Below, in pieces: positions 1 to 8,800 of a DNA stretch of 24,913 nt. This stretch comes from a virus (lineage: Duplodnaviria > Caudoviricetes). The stretch is from positions 1 to 24,913 of IMG/VR virus record IMGVR_UViG_3300049811_000016. One strand, given 5' to 3'. The translations under genes and the position numbers were made by a program. The notes under the pieces are model-generated. The model was not told the DNA's origin and did not search any database. It saw only the letters and a list, made by a program, of their open reading frames with translations. The stretch's first letter is position 1, and the number at the start of each line of letters is the position of its first letter.

Positions 1-6
1 ATCACC

Positions 7-1107
7 ATGGCAATGACGAACTTTGCCGCCCTGACGCCGAAGCAGAAGACCGTATGGTCGCGCGACGTCTGGAGCGCCGCGCGCGACATGGCTTTCAGCA
101 CCCGCTTCACCGGCACCGGCGACAACAACGTGTGCCAGCGCATCACCGAGCTGACTCGCACCGAGAAGGGCGAGACCGCGCTGATGCACCTCGTGGCCGA
201 CCTCATCAACGATGGCGTGATCGGTGACAACGAGCGCGAGGGCAACGAAGAAGCCCTGATGTCCTACTATCAGGAAATCGGCATTGACCAGATCAGCCAC
301 GGCGTCCGCAACAAGGGCAAGCTGGCCGATCAGAAGACGGTCATCCGCTTTCGCGAGCAGGGCAAGAACAAGCTGGCCTACTGGCTCTCGAACCGCATCG
401 ACCAGCTCTGGTTCCTGACTCTGTCCGGGATCAGCTACGCGCTGAAGAACGACGGCTCCCCGCGCCTCAACTCGCCGTTCCCGCAGCTCGCTTTCGCGAA
501 CCAGGTTTCGGCGCCGACCGCCAACCGGCATCGCCGGTGGAACGGCACCGCCTTGCTGGCTGGCGACACCACCCTGATCGACTCCGGTCACGTCCCGAGC
601 TACAAGATGATAACCGAGGTGATCGCCTTCTGTAAGGACACGTACCTGAAGCCGTTGGTCAGCGGCGGTAAGGAATACTACGTGTGGTTCGTCGGCCCGG
701 GCACGCTCGCCAAGCTCAAGCAGGACCCGGACTACCAGCGCGCCGTCGTCGGCGTGGCGACCAACAAGGGCGAGAACTCGCCGTGGTTCACCGGCGGCAC
801 CGTCATGGTCGACGGCCTCGTGATCCACGAGCACCGGCTGGTCTACTCGACCCGCAACGCGGCCGGCGGCTCGAAGTGGGGCAATGGCGGCAACGTCAAC
901 GGCACCCGCACGCTGGTCTGCGGCTCGCAGGCCCTCGGTATGGTCGACCTTGGCCCGCCGTCCTGGGTCGAGGACACGTTCGACTACGGCAACCAGCAGG
1001 GCATCAACGTCGACAAGATGTTCGGCCTGTTGAAGCCCAAGTTCCAGTCCATCTACACCAACACCGTCGAGGACTTCGGCGTGCTGGCTCTGGACCTCGC
1101 GATCTAA
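7..1107 (+). CDS. Major capsid protein, N4-gp56/DUF4043-like family
   Basis: 366-aa ORF with strongly biased C/G-ending codons. Motifs TNFAALT..QKTVWSRD.W, GDNE.EGNEE, WVED.FDYGN..GI.V.KMFGL.KP.F and DFGV.ALD are typical of this capsid family. Confidence 0.9.
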   Translation: MAMTNFAALTPKQKTVWSRDVWSAARDMAFSTRFTGTGDNNVCQRITELTRTEKGETALMHLVADLINDGVIGDNEREGNEEALMSYYQEIGIDQISHGVRNKGKLADQKTVIRFREQGKNKLAYWLSNRIDQLWFLTLSGISYALKNDGSPRLNSPFPQLAFANQVSAPTANRHRRWNGTALLAGDTTLIDSGHVPSYKMITEVIAFCKDTYLKPLVSGGKEYYVWFVGPGTLAKLKQDPDYQRAVVGVATNKGENSPWFTGGTVMVDGLVIHEHRLVYSTRNAAGGSKWGNGGNVNGTRTLVCGSQALGMVDLGPPSWVEDTFDYGNQQGINVDKMFGLLKPKFQSIYTNTVEDFGVLALDLAI

Positions 1108-1120
1108 GGAGACCGCAGAC

Positions 1121-1519
1121 ATGCCCATCACCAAGAACGAAGCACGCAGCGAACCCAAGTTCGCCACGGTCACCTTCCGCGTCACCGACGTTGTCGCCGG
1201 TGCCGACGAGCAGGCGATCCTGATGCCGGCCAACTCGACCATCATCAGCGGCGAGGTGGTCACGGAGCAGGCGTGGAACTCGACCTCGACCGACGTGATC
1301 GACGTCGGTGACGCAGGCTCGCAGAACCGCTACCTGAACGACGGCAACTTCCGCGCCGCCGGCGCTCGCGTCGCGCTGGTCCCGACCGGTCACGTCTACA
1401 CGTCGCCGACGTGGGTCACCGTCCGCTGGGCCTCCGGCGGCGGCACGCCCAACACGGGCCGCTCGCGCCTGCAGATCACCTACGCTATCCTCGATCGCGC
1501 GACCAGCACGGTGAGCTGA
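1121..1519 (+). CDS. Probable capsid decoration/head protein
   Basis: AAGGAG RBS overlapping the capsid stop; 132-aa beta-rich protein (V.T.QAWNS..TDVIDVGD); lies between the capsid gene and the terminator. Function inferred from position. Confidence 0.6.
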   Translation: MPITKNEARSEPKFATVTFRVTDVVAGADEQAILMPANSTIISGEVVTEQAWNSTSTDVIDVGDAGSQNRYLNDGNFRAAGARVALVPTGHVYTSPTWVTVRWASGGGTPNTGRSRLQITYAILDRATSTVS

Positions 1520-1549
1520 CCCGCTACCTGACCACAGGTGGAGCCCATT

Positions 1550-1575
1550 GGGGCGGGGTGACCCGCCCCTTTTTT
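1550..1575 (+). terminator. Rho-independent terminator after the capsid/decoration genes
   Basis: Perfect 8-bp stem GGGGCGGG (1550-1557)/CCCGCCCC (1562-1569), GTGA (GNRA) loop, then TTTTTT (1570-1575). Confidence 0.9.
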
Positions 1576-1595
1576 CAACGCAAGAGGGAGAACCT

Positions 1596-1997
1596 ATGCT
1601 TCGCATGCGCAGTCCCACCAACGACCCCGTCCGCGTCGCCCTGACGTCGGGCCACGTCATCGTCATCGGCCCCGAGCCCCGCGAGGTCGAACCGCGCTTC
1701 GTGCGTGAGGCTCTGGCCGAGGGCGCGATCCCGGAGGGCGTCGACCCGACCCTGCTCTCCCCGCCGGCGCAGAAGGTCGAGCCGCCCGCGTCCGACCTCG
1801 ATCGCGACGAGCAGATTCGCGTCGTGCTCCGGGCTATGCTGGCCGACCGCGACGCCAAGCCCGGTAGCGACGAGTTCACCGCCGGCGGGCTCCCGAGCGT
1901 CCCGGCCGTCAACAAGCGTCTCGGCTGGCGCGCAGCCCGCGAGGACGTCTACCGGCTCTGGCAGGACGTCGACCCGTCCGCGGACGGTGACGACTGA
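1596..1997 (+). CDS. Hypothetical phage protein (133 aa; start reassigned from TTG 1548 to ATG 1596)
   Basis: GAGGGAG RBS precedes ATG 1596. The 1548 start of the ORF track would run through the terminator. The stop overlaps the next start (TGATG). Confidence 0.8.
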   Translation: MLRMRSPTNDPVRVALTSGHVIVIGPEPREVEPRFVREALAEGAIPEGVDPTLLSPPAQKVEPPASDLDRDEQIRVVLRAMLADRDAKPGSDEFTAGGLPSVPAVNKRLGWRAAREDVYRLWQDVDPSADGDD

Positions 1998-2656
1998 TGG
2001 ATTTGGCCGCGCTACGGGCCGAGCTTCGCAGCATGCTCGACGACGAGGCCGAGCCGCACCTGTGGCCCTCGGACTCGCTCGACCGGTACATCAACGCCGC
2101 GCACGCTGAGGCAGTCCAGCGCGCGCGGCTGTTCCGCGTCGACGAGAGCATGCCGGTCACCGCGGGCCAGCCGGTCAGCTTCGAGGTCGACGCTGAGGTG
2201 TGGGGCATCGAGTCGGTCGTCCGAGACAGTGACGGCCGGCGCCTCATCGGAACATCGGCGGCGACGCTCAACGAGCGGCAGCCCGGGTGGCGCACGCGCA
2301 CCGGCCACCCGAGCCACTTCGTCTTCGACCTGAGCCAGCCTCGCGACAAGCGCCTGCTGCTGAACCGCGCCCCGGTGGAGTCCGGCACCTACACCGTGAC
2401 CACGCTGCGCCATCCGGCGGTCATGGAGGACGACAGCGACGAGCCCGAAGCGATCTCCGACACAAAGACCCAGCTCCTCATGCTGCACTATGCCGCCATG
2501 CTCGCGCTCATCACGCGGGACGCTGACAAGCAGGCGCCGGCCGAGCGCGCGAGGCACGAGGAGCTGTTCACCGCCGCATTCGGCCCGCCGCTCACCGAAG
2601 CTCAGCGCGCGAGCTGGGAGCAGCGCGGCGACATGACCATCCGACCCGAGTTCTGA
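1997..2656 (+). CDS. Probable head-tail adaptor/connector protein
   Basis: N-terminal L...R..LDD.AEPHLW....L..YIN.A..EA pattern and a helical C-terminus (HYAA..AL..DAD...A..H..LF) resemble adaptor proteins of short-tailed phages; position downstream of the capsid gene fits. Confidence 0.6.
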   Translation: MDLAALRAELRSMLDDEAEPHLWPSDSLDRYINAAHAEAVQRARLFRVDESMPVTAGQPVSFEVDAEVWGIESVVRDSDGRRLIGTSAATLNERQPGWRTRTGHPSHFVFDLSQPRDKRLLLNRAPVESGTYTVTTLRHPAVMEDDSDEPEAISDTKTQLLMLHYAAMLALITRDADKQAPAERARHEELFTAAFGPPLTEAQRASWEQRGDMTIRPEF

Positions 2657-2666
2657 GGAGAGCACC

Positions 2667-3089
2667 ATGGCAAACGCACTGTTCACCCGCGGTCGTACCG
2701 CGCTTCTGCAGGCCGGGATCAACTGGCAGGCCGGCGGCGATACCTTCAAGATCGCGCTCGTCGACACCGGCGCCGGCGGCTGGGCCGTCGACCTCGACGT
2801 CAACAACATGAGCTTCATCTCGCCGTTCTTCCGCGGCACGCCTATCACCGTCACCGGCCTTGCCGTGGTCAACGGGGCCGCCGACGCGAACGACGTCACC
2901 TTCCCGCTGGTCACCGCCGGCTCCGCCATCGAGGCGCTGGTGATCTACAAGGAGGTCTCCGGCGTCGACCAGACGCAGAACATCCCGCTGGTGTTCATCG
3001 ATACGGCGACGGGGCTCCCGATCACCCCCAACGGCGGCGACATCATCATCGTGTGGGATAACGGGGCCAATAGGATTTTCAGACCTTGA
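2667..3089 (+). CDS. Putative virion/tail structural protein (140 aa)
   Basis: GAGGAG RBS; strongly biased codons; beta-rich sequence (ADANDVTF..V..G..IEALVIYK...GLPITPNGGDI.I.W) resembling small phage tail proteins. Confidence 0.7.
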   Translation: MANALFTRGRTALLQAGINWQAGGDTFKIALVDTGAGGWAVDLDVNNMSFISPFFRGTPITVTGLAVVNGAADANDVTFPLVTAGSAIEALVIYKEVSGVDQTQNIPLVFIDTATGLPITPNGGDIIIVWDNGANRIFRP

Positions 3090-3115
3090 GGCCGTAATCT
3101 CATCCCTGCTAGTAT
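3086..3115 (+). promoter_or_regulatory. Candidate sigma70-type promoter for the HNH gene
   Basis: TTGAGG (3086-3091), 18-nt spacer, TAGTAT (3110-3115) with extended -10 TG at 3107-3108, about 30 nt upstream of the HNH ATG. Confidence 0.4.
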
Positions 3116-3145
3116 GTCGCCGTCATTCCAAGAGAGGGCGGCGAC

Positions 3146-3871
3146 ATGGGCATCAAGACTTGCGTCACTTGCGGCGCCGAGTTCGAGGCACGATCCAACC
3201 GGCAGGCGTATTGCTCTGAAGCGTGCAAGCACGGGTCGGCGACGTGCAGGACGTGTGGAAAGGGCTTCGTGAGGACGAAAGGGACGACGGGCGAGTTCTG
3301 CTCGACTGAGTGCTGGTACAGCAGCGACAGGGGGCCAAGGAATAAGCCCGTGAGGGTTGCTGCCCCGAGGATCGAGAAGCCGAAGCGCGAGCGCGCCAGC
3401 CCCGTCACGAAGGCGTGCCCCTCGTGCGGCAGCGAGTTCGTGACGCGGGTGGCGCGGCAAGAGTGCTGCTCGCGATCCTGTGCGCGCACGATCCAGAATC
3501 AGCGCAACGGGAACCCCGCGTGGCGCGGCGGCATAAACAGGCACGCCAACGGCTACCTGAAACAGCTCGCCAAGGGTCACCCTGCTGCAGATCACCGCGG
3601 CTACGTCATGCAGCACCGCCTCGTCATGGAAAGGCAGCTCGGCCGCCACCTTCTGCCTCACGAGCGCGTCCACCACAAGAACGGCATCCGTGACGACAAC
3701 CGCCCCGAGAACTTGGAACTGTGGGTTCTGAAGGGCCGATCGAAGAAAGACCCGGCCGGGCAGCGCGTTGATGACCTGATCGCGCACGCGGTTTCAGTCG
3801 CCGAGAGGTACGGCATCCACCCGCCGGCAGTACGATCCCTGCTTGAAGACGTGCTCTACCGAGGTGCATGA
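3146..3871 (+). CDS. Free-standing HNH endonuclease with three N-terminal CxxC...CSxxC zinc-finger repeats (probable homing endonuclease)
   Basis: CVTC..YCSEAC, CRTC..FCSTEC and CPSC..CCSRSC, then NPAWRGG, GY, HRLVME..LGR.L...E.VHHKNGIRDDNRPENLEL (HNH_3-type core); GAGAGGG RBS. Confidence 0.9.
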   Translation: MGIKTCVTCGAEFEARSNRQAYCSEACKHGSATCRTCGKGFVRTKGTTGEFCSTECWYSSDRGPRNKPVRVAAPRIEKPKRERASPVTKACPSCGSEFVTRVARQECCSRSCARTIQNQRNGNPAWRGGINRHANGYLKQLAKGHPAADHRGYVMQHRLVMERQLGRHLLPHERVHHKNGIRDDNRPENLELWVLKGRSKKDPAGQRVDDLIAHAVSVAERYGIHPPAVRSLLEDVLYRGA

Positions 3872-3874
3872 CGC

Positions 3875-5050
3875 ATGGCAACCCACACGTTCTACTCGAC
3901 CGACGCCGGAGCGCCGACTGTAACCGGCCAGTCAGGCGGCATCCTCGCGATGCTTCGAGCCGTGCTGGTCAACGGCTACAACACGCACAGCACGGGCGTC
4001 TCGATCACGCGCTCCGGCTCGACGGCGACGGTGACGCGCAACTCGCACGGCTACCGTAGCGGGCAGATCATTCAGGTCAGCGGCGCGGGTGAGGCCGACT
4101 ACAACGGGTTCTTCCGGATCACTGTGACTGGCGCGGACACGTTCACGTACACCGTGCCGAATGCGCCTGCCTCGCCAGCCACCGGCACGATCACGATTAA
4201 GGTTGCGCCGGCCGTGGTGAATGGCAATGCGTGGACCGAGGATTTCACGAGCGGCAGCATTTCGGTGTTCCGCGGCCCCGTCGGAACCAAGCGTCGTTAC
4301 TTCCGTTTCGATGACAACTCCACCGGTACGAGCAATGTCCGCGCATTCGAGGCGATGACGGACATCAACACCGGAACGGGGCCGTTCCCGACCGTGGCGC
4401 AACTTGCCAGCGGTATGTTTGTTGGAAAATCCTCAACAACTGACGGAACCGCTCGGCCGTGGATTGCCGTGTCGAACGGGTCGATCATCTACATCCGGGT
4501 CAGCCTCGACAGCGCAAATCAGATGTTCTGGATGTGGTTTGGTGATTTTGTTAGCGAAAGAAGCGGAGACGAGTTCAACACGATCCTAGTTGCCGGTAGA
4601 GGGTCCGGACTTGACCAGAACAACCTATTTTCCGGGATGCAGGCAAACGCAACCGTGGGCACGCAACAAGCCTACATCCCAAGGCCCGTAAATCAGATCG
4701 GTTCTTCGCTGCAGGTTGTTAGGTATGTGGATGCTGCATTCACGAATGCCGGGGTCGGCTCGTTTGAGGGATCGACCATGGGTTCAGTCGGGAACATCCC
4801 GTTTCCTGCGCCAGCTAACGGCGGCCTGTACCTAGTTCCTGTGTTCATCATTGAGTCATCATCAACGTATCTGTCGCCACCGCGCGGCATTGCCCCGGGA
4901 CTCTGGTGCCCGGCGCATGCCAAGCCACTCAATGACCTTGATGAATACGACGGAACCGGCGCGTTTGCTGGCCGCAGGTTCAAGGCATTTAATGCCAATC
5001 AAAACTCTAGCGGTCAGGTATTTCTTGAAATCAGTGACACTTGGGGCTAA
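3875..5050 (+). CDS. Tail/tail-fibre-associated structural protein (391 aa)
   Basis: N-terminus YSTDAGAP...L.AVLVNGY; a beta-rich SITRSGSTATVT..SHGY..GQ.I.VSGA...YNG.F.IT....TFTY module common in phage tail proteins; C-terminal RG.APGLW. Confidence 0.75.
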   Translation: MATHTFYSTDAGAPTVTGQSGGILAMLRAVLVNGYNTHSTGVSITRSGSTATVTRNSHGYRSGQIIQVSGAGEADYNGFFRITVTGADTFTYTVPNAPASPATGTITIKVAPAVVNGNAWTEDFTSGSISVFRGPVGTKRRYFRFDDNSTGTSNVRAFEAMTDINTGTGPFPTVAQLASGMFVGKSSTTDGTARPWIAVSNGSIIYIRVSLDSANQMFWMWFGDFVSERSGDEFNTILVAGRGSGLDQNNLFSGMQANATVGTQQAYIPRPVNQIGSSLQVVRYVDAAFTNAGVGSFEGSTMGSVGNIPFPAPANGGLYLVPVFIIESSSTYLSPPRGIAPGLWCPAHAKPLNDLDEYDGTGAFAGRRFKAFNANQNSSGQVFLEISDTWG

Positions 5051-5053
5051 TCG

Positions 5054-5887
5054 GTGTCGTACCGCTACTGGCGAATCAGGTTCGGGGCTATCACGGGGAC
5101 CGCTAGGTTTGCCGAGGTCGAGATGCGTCTCACCGCGGGAGGCGCTGACGAGTGCAACGGCGGAACCGCCATCAGCAGTACCGGCACTGCAGCAGATGCA
5201 TTCGACAACAACACCGGAACAGATTGGGTCAGCACGACCAACGACAGCAATTGCTGGATCGGTTACGACTTCGGCGCAGGAAACAACAAGGCGATCGCGG
5301 AAGTCCTGCTTCGCGCGTCGAGCACTACACTACCGACTGGGTGTGGGTCATTCGCGATCCAGCGTAGCAATGACAACGTGACCTGGGTTGACGAAAGCCT
5401 GCGGTACAGTGGTCACGTATATAGCCTGTCCGCGCCACTCGTTCTTCCTGTCGTTACGTCATCAAGCCTAGTTGTCGTTCGCGGCGGCTTCGTTGACGCC
5501 AGTTCGTATCGCGACGCCGGATGGCAGTCTGGATTGGCAGCGGCGCGAGGGTTTCGGCATCTCTCGCTGTCATCAAGGTTCGCTGTGACGGAGTGGATTG
5601 GAGGAAGCTACGTCAGCATACCGTCTAATGGCGTCATCAACGGGCAGGTACTTGAAGGGGTGTCCCCGGTCCCGTATGCGCGGGTCATGTGCTACAACCG
5701 GCTCACGGGCGAGTTGATCGCAAAGGTCATCGCTGACGCTTCCGGATATTTCAGCATCCACGGGGTCGATCCAACGCCGCCGGCGGCTCCGGACCTTGGT
5801 AAGTATTTCGTCGTTGCTCTTGATCCGCAAGGCGGGGTGCTCTACAACGCCCTCATCGCCGATAGGGTAGTCCCACAAACCGCGTGA
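5054..5887 (+). CDS. Probable receptor-binding/tail-tip protein: discoidin (F5/8 type C)-like N-terminal domain and carboxypeptidase-regulatory-like C-terminal domain
   Basis: GTG start. YRYWRI..AEVEM..AFDNN..T.W..WIGYDFG..F.IQ.SND.VTW is a discoidin-like pattern; the C-terminal I.GQV......ARV....R.TG.L.....DASG.FS..G...YFVVALD pattern is carboxypeptidase-regulatory-like. Confidence 0.7.
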   Translation: MSYRYWRIRFGAITGTARFAEVEMRLTAGGADECNGGTAISSTGTAADAFDNNTGTDWVSTTNDSNCWIGYDFGAGNNKAIAEVLLRASSTTLPTGCGSFAIQRSNDNVTWVDESLRYSGHVYSLSAPLVLPVVTSSSLVVVRGGFVDASSYRDAGWQSGLAAARGFRHLSLSSRFAVTEWIGGSYVSIPSNGVINGQVLEGVSPVPYARVMCYNRLTGELIAKVIADASGYFSIHGVDPTPPAAPDLGKYFVVALDPQGGVLYNALIADRVVPQTA

Positions 5888-5897
5888 GGAGGCGGGT

Positions 5898-8800
5898 ATG
5901 TCGTACTCGCCGCCATCCTCACCGCTGAACTTCACCTTCGTTGATGGCGGGTACAGCCCGCTATCGTCTCCGCTCACCCTTGCGTTCGTCGTTGCGACGA
6001 CGCAAGAGGTCTACCCGCAGAGCCTCGGTGAAACCGGCGCCGTCGGTGAGCCGCTTGACGTCCGCAACCGCAACCAGTTTGTCGAGCCGCAAGGTGTCGA
6101 GGGCACTGTCTCCTACGGCACGGCGAACGTCTACAACTTGCGCCAGTTCGTTGAGGCGCAGGGCTTCATCACGTCCGACGTTGGCGCTGCGATTGCTCGC
6201 TGGACGCAGTACGTCGACATCGACGGGTTCGTCACATCGGAGGTCTTCGCTCCGAGCGCCGCGAGCTACCCGGTTCGGCTCGTGTTCAACGTGCCGCGCG
6301 AGCCGCAGGCGCCGCCGCTGGTGTTCAACTTCGCCTTCGGCGATGGGCTCGGGGTCATCGCGCAAGGAATCGCCGGTCAGGTCGGCTCAGCGGACGTATC
6401 GAACACGTCCCTCGACATCCGCCCGGCCGGCCTCGACAGCCCTGTGGTTGGTGATCCGGGAGCGAGCAACGCATCGCTCGACATCCGCCCATCCGGCTTC
6501 ATCGCGACGACGATCGGTGCCGGGGCGGCCTATGCGCAGCAGCGGGTGAATGCCGCCGGATTCGTGGCCCAGCAGTTCGGCACGGCCTCGGTAGTGAACT
6601 TCCTACAGTACGTACAGCCTGCCGGCTTGCTGGCGCAGGCGTTCGGTTCTGCTGAAGCCTACAACTTCAACAAGGAGGTGTTCGTCAACGGCCTTGATGG
6701 ATTCGCCTCCGCGGATGGTCATGAGGTCTTCAACTATCGCGGCATCATCACTGCAAGCGGGTTCACGTCAGGGGCGGTCAGCGCGCCGCTGTCGGTGGAC
6801 TTCTGGCTTCGCCGCGTCAGGCCGGTCAACATCGACTCGGCCGAGGTGGGCGCGCATCTCGCGCAATTGAAGAACCGCTCGGTCCAGCCGCCGTCGTTCG
6901 TTGCGACGGAGATCGGGTCGGCTTCGGTGTCGTACCTCAACCGAAGCATCACCGCGCCCGGGGTTGAGGTGTGGTCCGTCCCGCCCCCGGCCGTGTTCGA
7001 CCCGCGGCAGTTCGTCCGTCCGCTCGGGTTCGGCGCGGCATTCGGCACGGCGTCCCTGCGAAACAGGAACCAGACGTTTCGGGCGCCGCACGTCTTCGAT
7101 CTTGAGTTCGGGTCGCATCTTGTCCGCAACAAGAACCAAGAGGTCTACCTTCCGCCGGCGGTCGACTTCGAGCCAGCTGACTTCGGTCAGGTATCGATCA
7201 GGAACCGCAACATCGAGGTCTTCCCGGACACGATCGCCCCAACACAGCTCAGGGGCCGGCACGAGGTCTACCTCGACGATATCGCCGTTCACGCGACCGC
7301 CGGTGACCTTGGCGCCGTTGGCGAGCCATGGGTGTCGAACTTCAACCGCAGCCTGCTCGCCGAAGGGTTCGACAGCGCGCGACCGCCGCTGTGGTTCAAC
7401 ACCAGTGTCCGCAATACCGCTGGAGTGGCCCGTCCGCCCGGGTTCGATGCGGAAGCCTTCGGGGCGCACGTCGTCACCTTGCCGAAGATCGTCAAGCCTG
7501 CGGTCACTGTCTTCGATCGCTACGGAACCCCGTATGTATCGCTGTCGCCGATCACCGTCGCGCCCCCGGGCCAGCGCACCGCTAGCGTCAGCATGTCCGC
7601 GCGCGCGTCGGTGTCACCTCAGCGAGTTCTCGCATCGTGGGACGTCCCGGACGCCATCGGCGCTGTCCTGCTTGAGATCAGGCGAAACATCGTCGGCGTC
7701 CAGTCTTTCCGGTCGGCGACGTTCGGCAGTACCGCGGTAGCGAACCGCAACAGGCAGGTCCGCCCGTTCACGATCATCGGCGAGTACGGCGCGCCGCGTG
7801 TCGCAAACCGAAACCAGTTCGTTTCGCCGCAGGGCTACGTCGATGAGCGGGTCGGCCTGCATTGGGTCCGCGACCGCACAAGCTACGTCAGGCCGTTCTC
7901 GGTGCGCGGATCGTTCGGAAACGCGCTACTGCAGAAGTTCCCGCCAGACCCGCCCGGGTTGCAAGCGGTGTATCCGGCCAGCATCACCGCGGAGCTGCCA
8001 AGGCCGCCGACTATCTTCGACAGCACGGTCCGTCCGCCCGGGCAGAACTTCGCGCGATTCGGTACACCCGAGGCTCGCACGAACACGATTCTGGTGAGAG
8101 GCATCTTCGAGGACTTCGTCTCGCTGACGCGGCACTCAATCCCAATTGCTCGGGTGGTGAGTGTGCCGTCACTGCTGGCGCAGGACACTTATGGCTTCCA
8201 TGGCGCATCACCGCTGACGGTATGGGCTACGTCTACAGCCCCAGGTCAAGCGATCAATAATCACGGAGGCAAGCGATGGGAGCCGGTCGACTTCCAGCTC
8301 CAAGTTGGAGTCGGCCGCCCGACTGTATCGAACCGGAACCGCGTGGTTTTTGTCTCACCGCAAGGCCCAACGACCGCGTTCGGGACTCCATTCGCGTCCA
8401 CTCGCCCGCAACGCCTACTGACGACCGGCTTCCGCTCCGACCGCATCGGAGTGCCGAGCATCCCGAACCCGGGCGCGATCGAGCTTCTGTCAGGGATCGA
8501 TGCTACCGAGTTCGGCGTGGCGGTCGTCGGGCCATACGTGGCTCCGAATACCACGCAGACGGTTCGGCCGGCTGCGACGAACGGCCAGTTCGGCACCGCG
8601 TGGGTGGCAAACTTCACCCGCTACATCAATGCCAGCGGGTTCACCAATCCGTCGTTCGGCGATCCGTGGGTCTCGACCGCCCCGATCTACACCCCGGCGG
8701 AGGGGTTCGACACTCTCGCGACGGGTCTCACGTTCATTGCGTACCGCGTCCGCGAGCTTCCCGTCGAAGGGTTCGATTCGTTCACCGACGGCCCGACGCT

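Noticed and set aside
1548-1595. N-terminal extension of the 1548-1997 ORF
   Set aside because: It overlaps the terminator hairpin; ATG 1596 has a clear RBS.
3090-3874. HNH gene as part of a group I intron or intein
   Set aside because: The flanking genes each have their own stop or start and look complete, and the spacers (56 nt and 3 nt) are too short for an intron core.
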